Source: Callorhinchus milii (Eukaryota). Taken from it: a DNA stretch of 64,000 bases. The notes beneath the pieces are model-generated. The model had not been told where the DNA came from. It worked only from the letters and a program-made list of their open reading frames with translations, and did not search any database. Every line of letters starts with the position of its first letter. Within the stretch, counting starts at the first letter, position 1. The position numbers and the translations under genes were made by a program. The stretch spans positions 12,092,001 to 12,156,000 of the forward strand of contig NW_024704743.1 in NCBI RefSeq assembly GCF_018977255.1, written 5' to 3'. Of this stretch, positions 23,717-36,197 are shown piece after piece.

Positions 23717-26700
23717 ATCATAGAATCGTACAACACAAAAAGAGGCCATTCGGCCCAACGAGTCTGTGCCGGCTCTTTGAGAAGAGCAATGTAATGTCAA
23801 TCTCACTCTCCAGCCCTTTCCCCATAACCCTGCAAACCCGTCCTCCTCAAATACCCATCCACCGTGTTTTTAAAAGTTGTTATCAAATCTGCCTCCACCA
23901 CCCTTTCAGGCAATGCGTTCCAGATTTGAACAACTCGCTGCGTGAAAAAATTTCTTCTCACCGAACCCTCTGCTTCTTTTAGAGACTATTTTAAATCTGT
24001 GACCTCGAGTCACCGACACACCCACCAATGGAAACAGTTTTTCCCAGTCTGTATCCTATATAAAACCAGTGTTTTATATAGGTTAATCATAACCTCCTGA
24101 CTCTTGTACTCTATGCCACTATTTATAAAACCTAGTATCCCATATAGTATCCCATATGCCCCTCATTCTTTCTTCCAAAATGCATTACCTCGCATTTCTC
24201 CACATTGAAATTCATCTGCCATGTGTCTGCCCATTTTACCATTCTGTCTATGTCTTCCTGCAGTTGGCTGCTATCCTTCTCACTGTTTACCACCCTACCT
24301 AACTTTGTGTCATCCGCAAACTTGGAAATGGTAATTGCTATATCCAAGTCCAGATCATTTATATATATATATATATTAAGAGCAGTGGTCCTAATACCGA
24401 TCCCTGGGGGACGCCACTGTACACTTCCCTCCAGTCAGAAAAGCAGCCGTTCACCACAACTCTCTGCTATCTGTCTCCCAGCCAGTTCTGGATCCAAGCT
24501 GCCACTATCCCTTTTATACTATGGGCTTCTATCTTTCTTACAAGTCTTTCATGAGGCACTTTGTCAAATACCTTTTGAAAGTCCATATAAAATACATCAA
24601 CTGCACTACCTTTATCCACCCTCTCTGTTACCTCATCGAAAAATTCTGTTAGATTTGTTAGACAAGGTTTACCTTCAACAAATCCTTGCTGGCTGTCCCT
24701 AATTAGCCCATATTCTTCTAAGTGAAGATTTATTCTGTCCCAGATTATAGTCTCCAGGAGTTTCCCCACTACTGATGTTAGGCTGACTGGTCTGTAGTGC
24801 CCAGGTTTGTCCTTCTGTCCCTTTTTGTACAGGAGAGTAACATTGGCCACTCTCCAGTCCTCTGGCACCACCCCTGTGTCCAACGAAGATTGAAAAATTG
24901 TAGCCAAAGCCTCCGCTATTTGTACCCTTGCCTCCCATAGTACCCTTGGCTGCATCCCGTCTGGACCGGGTGACTTATCTACCTTCAGCCCAGTCAACCT
25001 TTTCAGTACTTCCTCTCTGTTTATACTTATCCTATCCATTTCCTCTACCCTCTCCTCCGATACTAAGGCATTTGATGCATCCACTTCTTTTGTGAAGACA
25101 GATGCAAAGTACTCATTCAGTAAATCAGCCATACCTTCTGCCTCCACAATAAGATTTCCGCGTTGGTCCTTAATTGGCCCCATCCTACCTTTGACTAACC
25201 TTTCTTTCTTGATATGTTTGTAAAATATTTTAGCATTCCCTTTAATGTTACCCACTAACCTTTCTTCGTATAATCTTTTTGCCCCTCTTATTTCCTTTTT
25301 CAGTTCTCTTCTGCACTTCCTATATTCTATTTGCTTGTCTTCTGTATCTTGGGTCGACACTTGTCATACGCCTTCTTTTTCTGCTTCATTCTAGTTACAA
25401 TTACCTTCGTCGTCCAGGGATGTTTGGATGCCCTACTTTTCCCTTTTGTGGGAATGTATTTATTCTGTCCCCGAGCTATCTCATCCTTTAAGACTTCCCA
25501 CTGCTCTTTAGTTGTTTTACCTGCCAATCTTTCTTTCCAGTCCACCTTGGCTAGGTCCCTTTTTAACTCACTGAAATTAGCCCTCTTCCAGTTGAGTATC
25601 TTCACCTTAGATGGTTCCTTGTCCCTTTCCATATGCACTCTGAACCTAATGATGTTGTGATCACTATTGCCCAGATGCTCTCCCACTGAAACCTGCTCCA
25701 CTTGCTCTACTTCATTCCCCAGAACTAGATCCAGCACTGCTTCCTTCCTCGTTGGGCTGGAAACGTACTGATCAAGAAAGTTGTCCTGTATGCATTTTAG
25801 GAATCTTTCCCCCTCCTTGCCCTTTGCGCTGTTGTTTTGCCAGTCTATGTTGGGATAATTAAAGTCCCCCATTATCACGACTCTATTGGCCTTGCATCTG
25901 TCTGAGATCTGCTTGCAGATCTGCTCATCTATTTCCTTCCCACTATTTGGTGGTCTATAGTTTACCCCTACCATCGTAACAGCTCCTTAACTCTAACATT
26001 CTGTTTTGGGGCCCTCCAGCACCTCAACCCTTTCCACGGCTATAACCGTATCCTTGATTAAAATTGCCACACCCCCTCCTTTTTTTCCTTCCCTATCCCT
26101 CCTGAATATAATATTCAGCTCCCATTCCTGTCCATCTTTGAGCCAAGTCTCTGTTACTGCTACTACTTTGTGTACTACGACCATTTGAGCCTGCAGCTCA
26201 CCAATCTTGTTTGTTAAACTCCGTGCATTTAGGCACATGCACTCCAAGACCAACTTGACCTGTTCTGCACTTCCCACCCCCCCGTTTTATTTCTCCATTT
26301 TTTTGCCCACTGTTTTTTGCATTCCCTTCCTCCCTCAAAACTAGTTTAAACCCTCCCCTAGAGCATTAGTTAGCCTGTCTGAAAGAACATTCACCCCAGC
26401 CCTGTTTAGGTGTAACCCATCCATATGGTACAGATCCCACCTGCCCCAGAACTGGTCCCAATGATCCAGAAACCTGAAGCCCTCTTTTCTGGACCATTTT
26501 TCCAGCCAAGCATTCATATGCTTGATCCTACCATTATGGAACTTATTTGCCCGAGGCACAGGGAGTAATCCAGAGATCACCACCTTGGATGTTCTATTCT
26601 TTAGTTTGTTCCCCAACTTTTGATATTCACCCTGTAGCATCTCAGCCCTTTTTTTTACCAATATCATGGATCCCAACCTGGACCACCACTTCTGGATGTT

Positions 26701-27972
26701 CCCCTTCCCCCTGAAGAATTTTATCCACCCGTTTCATGATGTCCAAGACCGTTGCACCAAGCAGGCAACATACCATCCTTGACTCCCGTCTTCTGTTGCA
26801 GAAACGCCTGTCTATACCTCTCACTGTGGTATCCCCTATGACAACAGCATTGCTCCTGTTACCTATGTCCCCCTGTTCAACCAATTGTTTTTTACTGTCC
26901 TCCCTGGAGATATCAACACTCTCAATGTTCAGTACAGAGTACTGGTTTCAGAGTGCTACACTATTGGGGGCATTCTGCCCTGCCCATCCCCTCTTCCTAC
27001 CATGCCGGATAGTCATCCAGTCATTTTCCATCTGAACCCTCGGTGGCTGTGGGGTGACCACCTCCTGAAGTGTCTGGTCCATCACATCCTCACATCCGTT
27101 GTAGAAGCTTGTAGCCCAAGGCTCCGTCACCACTCTCTCAGGGGTCCCATTGTCTGCAGGACTGATAAAACCATCCTGTCCAGGAGCATTAACCAGATGC
27201 AAGCATCTCCTCAGCCTCAGGGGAGTAATGGTTTCCTCCATCATACTGTCCAGGAACCCCTCACTGTCCCTGATGGAGCGCAGTGTCTGCACCTCGGCTT
27301 CCAGCTCAGCTTCTCTCAGCTGGAGCTTCCTGAGTTGCAGACACTTGCTGCAGATGAAGTTGCCCGGGCTCAGGGCGCCCTCCATTAACTCCCACATATA
27401 ATAATAATAATAATAATCCTTGCATTTGATATAGCGCTTTTCACGTCGGGAGGACGTCCCAAAGCGCTTCACAGAACATACTGCAAAGTGAATTGACTGT
27501 ATATTTGTGGGCGAACGCGGCAGCCAATTGCGCACAGCAATGTCCCACAAACAGTCGTAGATTGAAAATGACCAATTTATTATTTTTTTTTTGGTTTTTG
27601 AAGGGATTATTATTAGGCTCTGTGTGGAGTAAGGAAACTTGCCCGAGGTTTCGCCCTCTGCCTGGAATTGAACTCAGGTCTCTCACTTGCAAAGCGAGTG
27701 TTCTAACCACTGAGCTACAGGACTCCACATGTCACTGTCCTCGCATTTCACTTGCCACATCATCTTCTCACACAGTGTTTTCAATATATATTTTTTTTAT
27801 TTTTGTTTTTTGTTTTTGTTTGTCGATGTCTCCCTGGTTCTGCTGTTGAAAATGACGTACACCAATGTCACCTTTTCTTCTTTTCGTAGCTCCGACAGTT
27901 CCCAGCTTACCTCACTCAACCTGCTCACGAGGCCCAGGCTCCGCCTCCGCTCTGTCCTGACTCCTCTCCCCG
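23717..27972 (-). mobile_element. 5'-complete but mutated CR1 LINE: 5' UTR, ORF1 (Cys motif, coiled coil, SGNH esterase), ORF2 (APE endonuclease, RT), 3' UTR; the 3' part of ORF2 has internal deletions
   Basis: ICSKCLQL; VVIGDTTVRGIDRRFC; LNARSLTNK...VTETWL; YRPPN...MGDFNYP; KSPGPDG...YRPVSLTSVVGK; KFADDTKL; attctatgatt tail at ~23717; multiple frameshifts. Confidence 0.92.
27398..27729 (-). mobile_element. Young tRNA-headed SINE inserted in CR1 ORF1
   Basis: Reverse complement of the SINE consensus; CR1 ORF1 reads ...KCEDSD|MWELMEG across the insertion. Confidence 0.92.
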
Positions 27973-28523
27973 AAAAGTGAATTGACTTGTATATTTGTGG
28001 GTGAAATGCGGCTGCCAACTGCTCACAGCAGTGTCCCACAAACAGTCGTGGATTGAAGTGACAAATTTTATTGTTGTTTTCTTGAGGGATTACTATCAGG
28101 TGCATGGAGTAAGGAAATTTGCCCAAGATTTTGTCCTTCCGGGAATCAAACCCAGGTCTCTCGCTTGCGAGGCAAGTGCTCTAACCACTGAGCTACAGGA
28201 CCATTCAAAAAGAGAAGGGTGTTTCTCTCCCCGATGTCCTGGCCAATAATGCCCAAATAAAATTGGTCATGGCTGCAAGTGGGACATTGCCTTGCACAAC
28301 TGGCTACCACAAAAATACAGTCACTCAACTTTACAGTATATTCTGTGAAGCGCTTTGAGGTGTCTCAACGATGTGATAAGGTGCTACGTCAAATGCAAGG
28401 ATCATTGTTATTATTATGATTATTATCGTTATAAATTATGATATTATTAATTATTGTAATATATTTATTATTCGTTACTGCAGTTTGCACTGATTGACCA
28501 GGTTTGTGGGTTTCTGCTCTCAG

Positions 28524-29999
28524 ATTCGGAAGCAGCAGAAGGAGCATGGTGAGCTGATGGAGCAATATCGCATCAAACAACAGTGTCCAATGCCCTCACC
28601 CACTCTGCTGTCCGCAGTGCCCCCCCAGGCCCTGCCCGTTCAGGGGGGGCCTCCAGCCTCGCAGCTTCAGCCCCCCATCGCCGGCCAGCCCACCCCACCC
28701 AGGATGCCTAATGCGCCCCAGCCCCACCACCTCCCCATGGCAATCGCTCGGATGCAGCCTCCGGGGGCATCTCCAGCCTCCGTCCCGCCTCCCGCCATGG
28801 CGAGCGGCCCTCCACCGCCCGCCCAGGGAGGGGGCACCACGCCCGGCCCCGCCCCTGGCCCCCAGCAGCAGCCGCCCCCGCGGGTGGAGTTCGATGACAA
28901 CAACCCATTCAGCGAGAGCTTCCAGGAGCGGGAACGTCGAGACAGGCTGCGGGAGCAGCAGGAACGTCAGAGGATCCAGTTGATGCAGGAGGTGGAGCGA
29001 CACAGAGCCTTGCAGAAGCGAATGGAGATGGAGCAACAGCAACAGCAGCAGCAAGGAATGCTGGCAGACATGAACAGATCCACTTTGTGCCAAATGCCCT
29101 ACTACAACAACGACCTGCCCCACGACTTCCTACACTCCCCGAGACCCCAGGGGCATGCGCCTGCAGGACCAGCCCCCCGCTTCCTGGGCTCCCCCCCGGC
29201 TTTCATATCGTGCGGGGAGCGGCGGCTCCAGGGGCAACCAGGGTTCGGCCCCGAAGCTCCTATCCACCACCCTCCCCCCGCCCTCGGCTTCCTGCAGGCC
29301 CAGCCCAGGATCCCCTTCCCCGCCGGGGGGGCCGGGCTGCCTCAGGGCAGGGGCGAGCCAGCACCATTTGGCTCGGACACCACCGCGCACCTTCCCGGCC
29401 AGTCCCTCATCCAGCTCTACTCCAACATTATCCCTGAGGAGAAGGGGAAAAAGAAGCGGAGTCGGAAGAAGAAGAGCGAGGGAGAGGAGGGGGAACCGGT
29501 CCACACGCCCTCCACCCCTCGCTCGGACCACACCGCCCCACCCACCCCCACACCCAGCTACTCGGACTCTGCCTCCATCCCCTCCCTCGGAGAGCCAGGG
29601 GCGGAGCCAGACTACCGCGGCCCAGAGCAGCCCCCAACTGAGTTGGAGAGACAACTCTCAGCACAGACCCTGGGACCCCACACCAGCTCCAACCCTGACC
29701 CACCCCACGCCTGTCCTGGCGAAGTGAAGACAGAGCGGGCTGATGAGGTCCAATGCCAAGGGCAGCCCAAGGCGGAGTCAGCAAGCCCGGTGAAGGTAGA
29801 GGAGGATAATAAGGCTACCGTGCCCCCGTCCCCCACCGAGCAGAGCGCAGCCCCCCTGCCAGGAGCCAAGCAGGAGTTGGGAAACGAGCTCCTGAAACAT
29901 CTGCTGAAGAACAAAAATCCTCCTCTCCTCCCCCACCAGAGGCCTGAGGACGGGCCCTACCTGGAGAGCAAGATGGCAAGGAAGCTAACAGAGGGGCTG
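28524..29999 (+). CDS. KMT2C: KMT2C exon ~43 (1476 bp), IRKQQKEH...VEFDDNNPFSESFQERER...GNELLKHLLK...TEGL
   Basis: tctcag|ATT CGG AAG ... GGG CTG|gtaaga; ORF 28494..30053. Confidence 0.95.
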
Positions 30000-30094
30000 G
30001 TAAGAATCTCCCATGCTCGCTTCTGCTATCCTCATTGTGCATGTGGCTCCTAGACGCTGCCCTGCGCGAAGGGCGCTGTATAAATGCAAGTTGT

Positions 30095-30930
30095 TGTCGC
30101 TGAGGCCCTCCTGATTGGCTCGCACCAGCACCTCTGCACCTCAGACTCTGGCAGCATCAATCTCCATGGTTGCACACGACAACTCACCAAGCCAGTCAGG
30201 AACCTGGGTGTCGTGTTCAACCCTCAACTGTCTTTTCTTCCCCACATCCAAGCCATGACCCACTCTGCCTTCGCTCACCTCCATAATATCGCCCGACTCC
30301 GCCACTGCCTCACCCCTCAGGCCACTGAAACTCTTGTTCATGCCTTCATCACCTCCAGGCTCGACTATGCAAATGCCCTGCTTGTCGGCCTTCCCAACTC
30401 CTCCCTCCACAGGCTGCAGATAGTCCAGAACTCTGCAGCCCCTGTCCTCTCCTGCACCAAACTCCATGACCCCATCTCTCCCACTCTCGCCCGACTCCAT
30501 TGACTCCCTATCCTTCAGAGGATTCAGGTCAAGATCCTGGTCCTCACAGACAAAGCCCTCCATGGCCTCTCCCCACCCTACCTCTGTGACCTCCTAACCC
30601 CCTACCAACCCGCCCACTCCCTCCGCTCAGCCGGCTCTGGCCTGGTCCACATCCCCCGACCCACCATTGGCGGGAGAGCCTTCAGCTATTCTGCCTCCAA
30701 CCTCTGGAATTCCATCCCCCAATCACTCCACCTCGTCCCCTCCTCAGCCTCCTTCAAATCCCGCCTCAAAACCCTCTTCTTTGACCATGCCATCGGTCAC
30801 CCCCCTTCCCCTCCCCTCCCTTCTCCCTCCCTGACCCCAGCTCGGGTCTGAAATGCTGTACATTGTCCAGCGTCTTGGGATGTCCTCCTGATGTGAAAGG
30901 CACTATGCAAATGTAATCTTGTTGTTGTTG
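30095..30930 (+). mobile_element. L2 LINE 3' fragment with tail
   Basis: VRNLGVVFNPQLSF...ETLVHAFITSRLDYANALL; ends ...gtgaaaggcactatgcaaatgtaatcttgttgttgttg. Confidence 0.9.
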
Positions 30931-30964
30931 ACCTGTGTTTCCATTAACCCGGCGACCCACCATC

Positions 30965-31285
30965 CTTAGCAGGTAGAGAAGTCCTAGTTCGACAAGCAAG
31001 GCGAAGCTTGCTGGACAGTGCTCTCAATGGCAAGCTGTGTGGTTTTAGCTGGTTGGACTCCAGTAATTACCCCAACGCACACTCTAGGTTCCCAACTTAC
31101 CAACTGGCTCTTACCAACCTTCCTGAGCCTAATACTTTCCAGAGTCAGATAAGCAGGGTGTCACCTCCAGGAGAGAATGTGCATTCTTTTTCAGACCTGG
31201 GGAAATTCCATGTATAGGTGGATGGAACTCAGTCTGGTCTAGGTACTCCAAAGTGATTGGCTTTCACATGTGGCAGACACCCATT
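30965..31285 (+). repeat. Unclassified interspersed repeat
   Basis: Diverged copies at ~13865-14012, ~18605-18745, ~22795-22870 (-), ~40005-40345 and ~54000-54250 (-). Confidence 0.7.
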
Positions 31286-31969
31286 GCCCCACCCCCCCCA
31301 CCACAAAAATATAGACTTTTTTTAATAATCAAAATAGCTCTCCCTCCCTTCTCCATGGAGATCTGTAATTCAGAAACACTCACTCTGTCCCAGTCTTGAT
31401 CTGATCTCGACCAGAGACACCCACACAGAAGCCGTTGTACCTGCTAGATGTGGCACTGGCATTGCTGGTTAGCCTGCTTCATTTTGATTTTATTACAATC
31501 AGCCTGGCCCAGTCGGTAGCACTCTTGCCTCCAAGTCAGATGTTTGTGGATTCAAGCCCCACGTAAGGGAGCTCATATAGTCGAGGTTGATACTCCAATG
31601 CTGTGCTAGGGGAACCCTGCATTGTTGGAGGTGCCGTACTTCGGATTAGACATTAAACCAAGTTCCTGCCTGTGACTATTCAGGTGGACATTAAAGATCG
31701 AGTGGCCTCCTGTGCTGTATAATTCTATGATTCTCTAATTCTGTGATCCCCTGAAAGGAGTTTCTCCTGGTTTCTTGGCCAACAGCCCTCCCAAATAAAA
31801 TTGGTCATTCACTTCACGGCTTGTGGATCATTGCTGTGTGCAATTGGCTGCTGGGTTTTGCTTTAGTGTATATTCTGAGAAGCACTTTGAGACGTCTCAA
31901 CGACGTGATAAGGCGCTATATCAAATTCAAGATATATTAATATTAAGAGTTGGTTTTGGTCCATGCCAG

Positions 31970-32200
31970 ATGCCTGTGGATTGCAGAATGCAAACTGCAC
32001 CATCTGGGTTTTCTTTCGATGGGAAGGTGTGTCAGTTGCAGAAGAGGGAGCTTGAGGAGGAGACGAAGAGGCCCAAAACCAAACGGGGGCAGAAGATGGG
32101 TGAGAAGGCTCTGCCCCGCTCCAAGAAACGCAAGAAAGCTGAGGAGGACAGGCAGGCGGTTTACCCCAACACCGATGCTCTGATGAACCAGCTAAAGCAG
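31970..32200 (+). CDS. KMT2C: KMT2C exon ~44 (231 bp), basic NLS-like PRSKKRKK...NQLKQ
   Basis: tgccag|ATG CCT GTG ... AAG CAG|gtaagc; phase 0-0; the 5' boundary is less certain. Confidence 0.85.
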
Positions 32201-32694
32201 GTAAGCGGGTGACCACACCTGGTCTCTTAAATGCTTTGCCTCAAAACAAAAATTCTTGGGGTTTGCTATAGAAGCCCAAAGAGCACGCTCGCCTCCCAAG
32301 TCAGAGGACACAGTTTCAATTCACAGGTGGGGCGAAACCTTCGGCAAGTTAGTCCTTGCTATAACAACTGCAAGGATAATAATCTTTGCATTTGATATAG
32401 TGCCTTATCACGTTGTTGAAACATCTCAAAGCACTTCACAGAATATACTGTGAAGTGAATTGACTATTTATTGGATCAAACAGAGCAACATTTCACAAAC
32501 AGTAGTCGGTTGAGTGACCAAATTATTATTTTATTTATTTTTGGGGGGGACGGGTTTGTTTCCCGGGTGGGGCGATACCTTGGACAAGTTTCCTTACTCC
32601 ACGAGCAGTAAATTTACCTAGCAATAAATAGTGCGCAATTGGCTGCCTGCTGTGTGCAATTGGCTGCCGTGTTTCACCTACAAAATACAGTCAA

Positions 32695-34090
32695 CCATTC
32701 CCATCCGCCTAAAAACAGCTACAATCACCCCAATCCTGAAAAAACCTTACCTGGACCCATTCCTGACTTCTAACTACCGACCCATCTCAAGCCTCCCTTT
32801 TCTTTCAAAGGTCCTTGAAAGAGTCGTTGCTCCCTCCTACTAGCACTCCCTTCACGAGCCCCTTCAATAGGCTTTCCATGCTGCTCATAGCACGGAAACT
32901 GCTCTGGTCAAGGTCATAAACAACATTTTGTCCATCTGTGATCAGGGCTCCCTCTGCTTCCTCGACCATTCTTCTGCCTTCGATACCGTGGATCACTCCA
33001 TCCTTCTCCACCACCTCTCCTATCACCTCAACCTTCAATGTTCTGTCCTTGAATGGTTCAGGTCTTATCTCTCACACGGTCTCCAATTTGTCTCCGCCAA
33101 CGGTTTCTCTTCCAGTCCCCGCACAGTCTCATTTGGTATTCCTCGGGGCTCTGTCCTCGGTCCCTTCCTCTTCAACCTCTACTTGCTCCCGCATGGTGAC
33201 ATCATCCGCAGACATGGGGTCAACATCCACATGTACGCGGATGACACCCAACTCTATCACTCTGCCTCCACCCATGATTCCAGGACAACTGATGTCCTGA
33301 CAGACTGTCTGTCAGACACCAAGTCCTGGATGAGAGCCAACTTTCTACAGCTGAATGCAAAACCGAGGCCCTCATGATTGGCTCCCGCCAGCACCTCAGG
33401 CACTGGCAATGCCGGCATCCACGGTTGCTCACTCCACCTCACCAAGCCAGTTAGGAACCTGGGCGTCTTCTTCGACACTCAACTTCTACCCCATATCCGT
33501 GCCATGACGCGTTCTGCCTTCCCCCACCTCCGCAACATAGCCTGACTGCCAATGCCTCACCCCTCATCCCGCCGAAACCCTCATACATGCATTCACGGTT
33601 CAACTACAGAAACTCCCTCCTTGTCAACCTCCCCAATTCTTCCCTCCACAAGCTGCAGATCATCCAGCTTGTGTCCTCTCCCACACCAGGCTCCATGACC
33701 CCATCACCCCCACCCACTCCCAACTCCTCTGGCTCCCTATCCCTCAGAGGATAGAATTCAAAATCCTCATCCTCACTTTCCAAACCCTCCACTGCCTTGT
33801 CCCCTCCTACATCTCTGACCTGCTGACCCCCTATCAACCTGTTCGCTCCCTCTGCTCAGCATATTCCAGCCTGCTCCAGGTCTTCCGCCCGAACCGCCCT
33901 ACCATCGGTGGCCAGGCTTTCAGCCTCTCTGCCCCACTCTTTGGAACTCCATCCCACAATCCCTTCACCTTGCTCCTTCTCTTGCCTCCTTCAAGGCACG
34001 ATTCAAGACCCTCCTTCTTGACCATGCCTTCAGCCGCTGTCTTACCCCCTCTTCCCCCATTCACCCCAAACCTGTCCCCCACACTCAGGT
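32695..34090 (+). mobile_element. 5'-truncated L2 LINE (RT region to 3' UTR)
   Basis: ITPILKKP...[35 protein letters not shown]...[10 protein letters not shown]. Confidence 0.92.
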
Positions 34091-34099
34091 TCTGATCGA

Positions 34100-35633
34100 C
34101 TGTTCGACGACATCAACCTCTCCTTGTCCACAGGTTCAGTTCCCAGCCCCCTAAAAACAACAGTCATCAGCCCCATCTTGAAAAAACCTTCCCTGGACCC
34201 ATCCCTCTTCCCCAGCTACCGCCCCATCTCTAACCTCCCATTCCTCTCCAAGGTCCTGGAATGAGTCGTTGCGTCCCAGCTCCACTTCTTTCTTACTCGC
34301 CATTCCCTCTGAACCCCTCCAATCCGGCTTCCGCGCTGCCCATAGCATGGAAACAGCCCTGGTCAAAGTCACTAATGACATTCTGAACATCTGTGATCAG
34401 GGTTCCCTCTGCCTTCTTGTCCTCCTCAACCTCTCTGTCGCCTTCAACACTGTCGACCACTCCATCATCATACACCACCTTTCCTCTTATTTAATCTTCG
34501 CGGACCTGCCCTTGCCTGGGTCGATTCCTATCTCTCTCACCATCTCCACTTTGTTGCCTCTAACGGTTTCTCCTCCAGCACCCGCACTGTCACGTCTGGC
34601 GTCCCCCAGGGCTCTGTCCTTGGCCCTCTCCTCTTTAATGTCTACATGCTCCCTCTTGGTGACATCATCCGCAGAAATGGGGTCAACTTCCATATATATG
34701 CGGATGACACCCAACTCTATATTTCTGCCTCCACCCAGGACCACTGCTGTCCTGACAGACTGCCTGTCGGACATCAAGTCCTGGATGAGGGCAAATTTCC
34801 GACAGTTGAATGTGAACAAGACTGAGGCCCTCCTGATTGGCTCACACCAGCGCCTCAGCGCCTCAGGCTCTGGCAGCATCAACCTCCATAGTTGCACACT
34901 TCAACTCACCAAGCCATCAGGAACCTGGGTGTCTTGTTCGACTCTCAACTGTCTTTTCTTCCCCACATCCAAGCCATGAACCGCTCTGCCTTCCCTCACC
35001 TCCATAACATCGCCCGACTCCGCCACTGCCTCACCCCTCAGCCGCTGAAACTCTTGTTCATGCCTTCATCGCCTCCAGGCTCGACTATGCAAACGCCCTG
35101 CTTATCAGCCTTCCCAACTCCTCCCTCCACAGGCTGCAGATAATCCAGAACTCTGCAGCCCGTGTCCTCTCCCGCACCAAACTCCGTGACACCATCTCCC
35201 CCATTCTCACCCGACTCCATTGGCTCCCTATCCTTCAGAGGATCCAGTTCAAGATCCTGGTCCTCGGCCTTGCCCCACCCTACCTCTGCGACCTCCTAAC
35301 CCCTTATCAACCCGCCCGCTCCCTCCATTCAGCTGGCTCCACATCCCTCGACCCACCCGCACCACCATTGGTGGGAGAGCCTTCAGCCACTTTGCCCCCA
35401 ACCTCCGGAATTCCATCCCCCAATCACTCCGCCTCGCCCCCTCCTTAGCCTCCTTCAAGTCCCGCCTCAATACCCTCCTCTTCAACCATGCCATCGGCCA
35501 CCCCCCTTCCCCTCCCCTCCCTTCTTCCCCCCCTGACCTTTGCTCGGGTCTGAAATGCTGTACACTGTCCAGCGACTTGGGATGTCCTCCCGATGTGAAA
35601 GGCACTTTACAAATGTAAATTTGGTGTTGTTGT
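34100..35633 (+). mobile_element. Second 5'-truncated L2 LINE, in tandem with the previous copy
   Basis: [17 protein letters not shown]; atatatgcggatgacacccaa (YADD); L2 tail ending (TTG)n. Confidence 0.92.
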
Positions 35634-36197
35634 CAATCAACTTTCCAGTATATCCTGTGAAGTGCTTTGAGATGTTTCAACAATATGATAAGGCACTTTT
35701 TTAAAGTGCAAGAATTTTTATTATTCAATTAAATTAAAATTAAAATTAAATTAAAATAATTAAAATTAAATTATTAAATTTTTATTATTAAATTTTTAAA
35801 GTGCAAGAATTTTTCTTATTATTATTGCAGCTAGGTAAACAGAGGCGCGTGGAGTAAGGAAACTAGCCTAATGTGTTTCCCTGCCCAGGAATCAAAGCTG
35901 TGTCCTCTCACTTGCGAGGCAAAGACTTTAACCAATATGCTACAGTGCGCAATTGGCTGCCGCGTTCGCCCACAAATATACAGTCAATTCACTTTACAGT
36001 GTGTTCTGTGAAGCGCTTTGGGACGTCCTCCTGACGTGAAAAGCGCTATATCAAATGCAAGGATTATTATTATTATTATTATTACAGGACTGCACAATTT
36101 CCTGCCTTGTAAAAGTCTTTCTAGCTGAAATTGATGCTTGCACGCAATTGGAATCGGGGCGACATTTCATTATAAATTGCCTTTGTTTCCTCTCCAG

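Noticed and set aside
24467..25974. Active retrotransposon or domesticated RT gene
   Set aside because: CR1 ORF2 is broken by frameshifts and deletions, and ORF1 is interrupted by a SINE.
35695..35826. AT-rich (AATTA)n stretch between two copies of ttttaaagtgcaagaattttt
   Set aside because: Slippage and duplication at a SINE tail; no sign of function.
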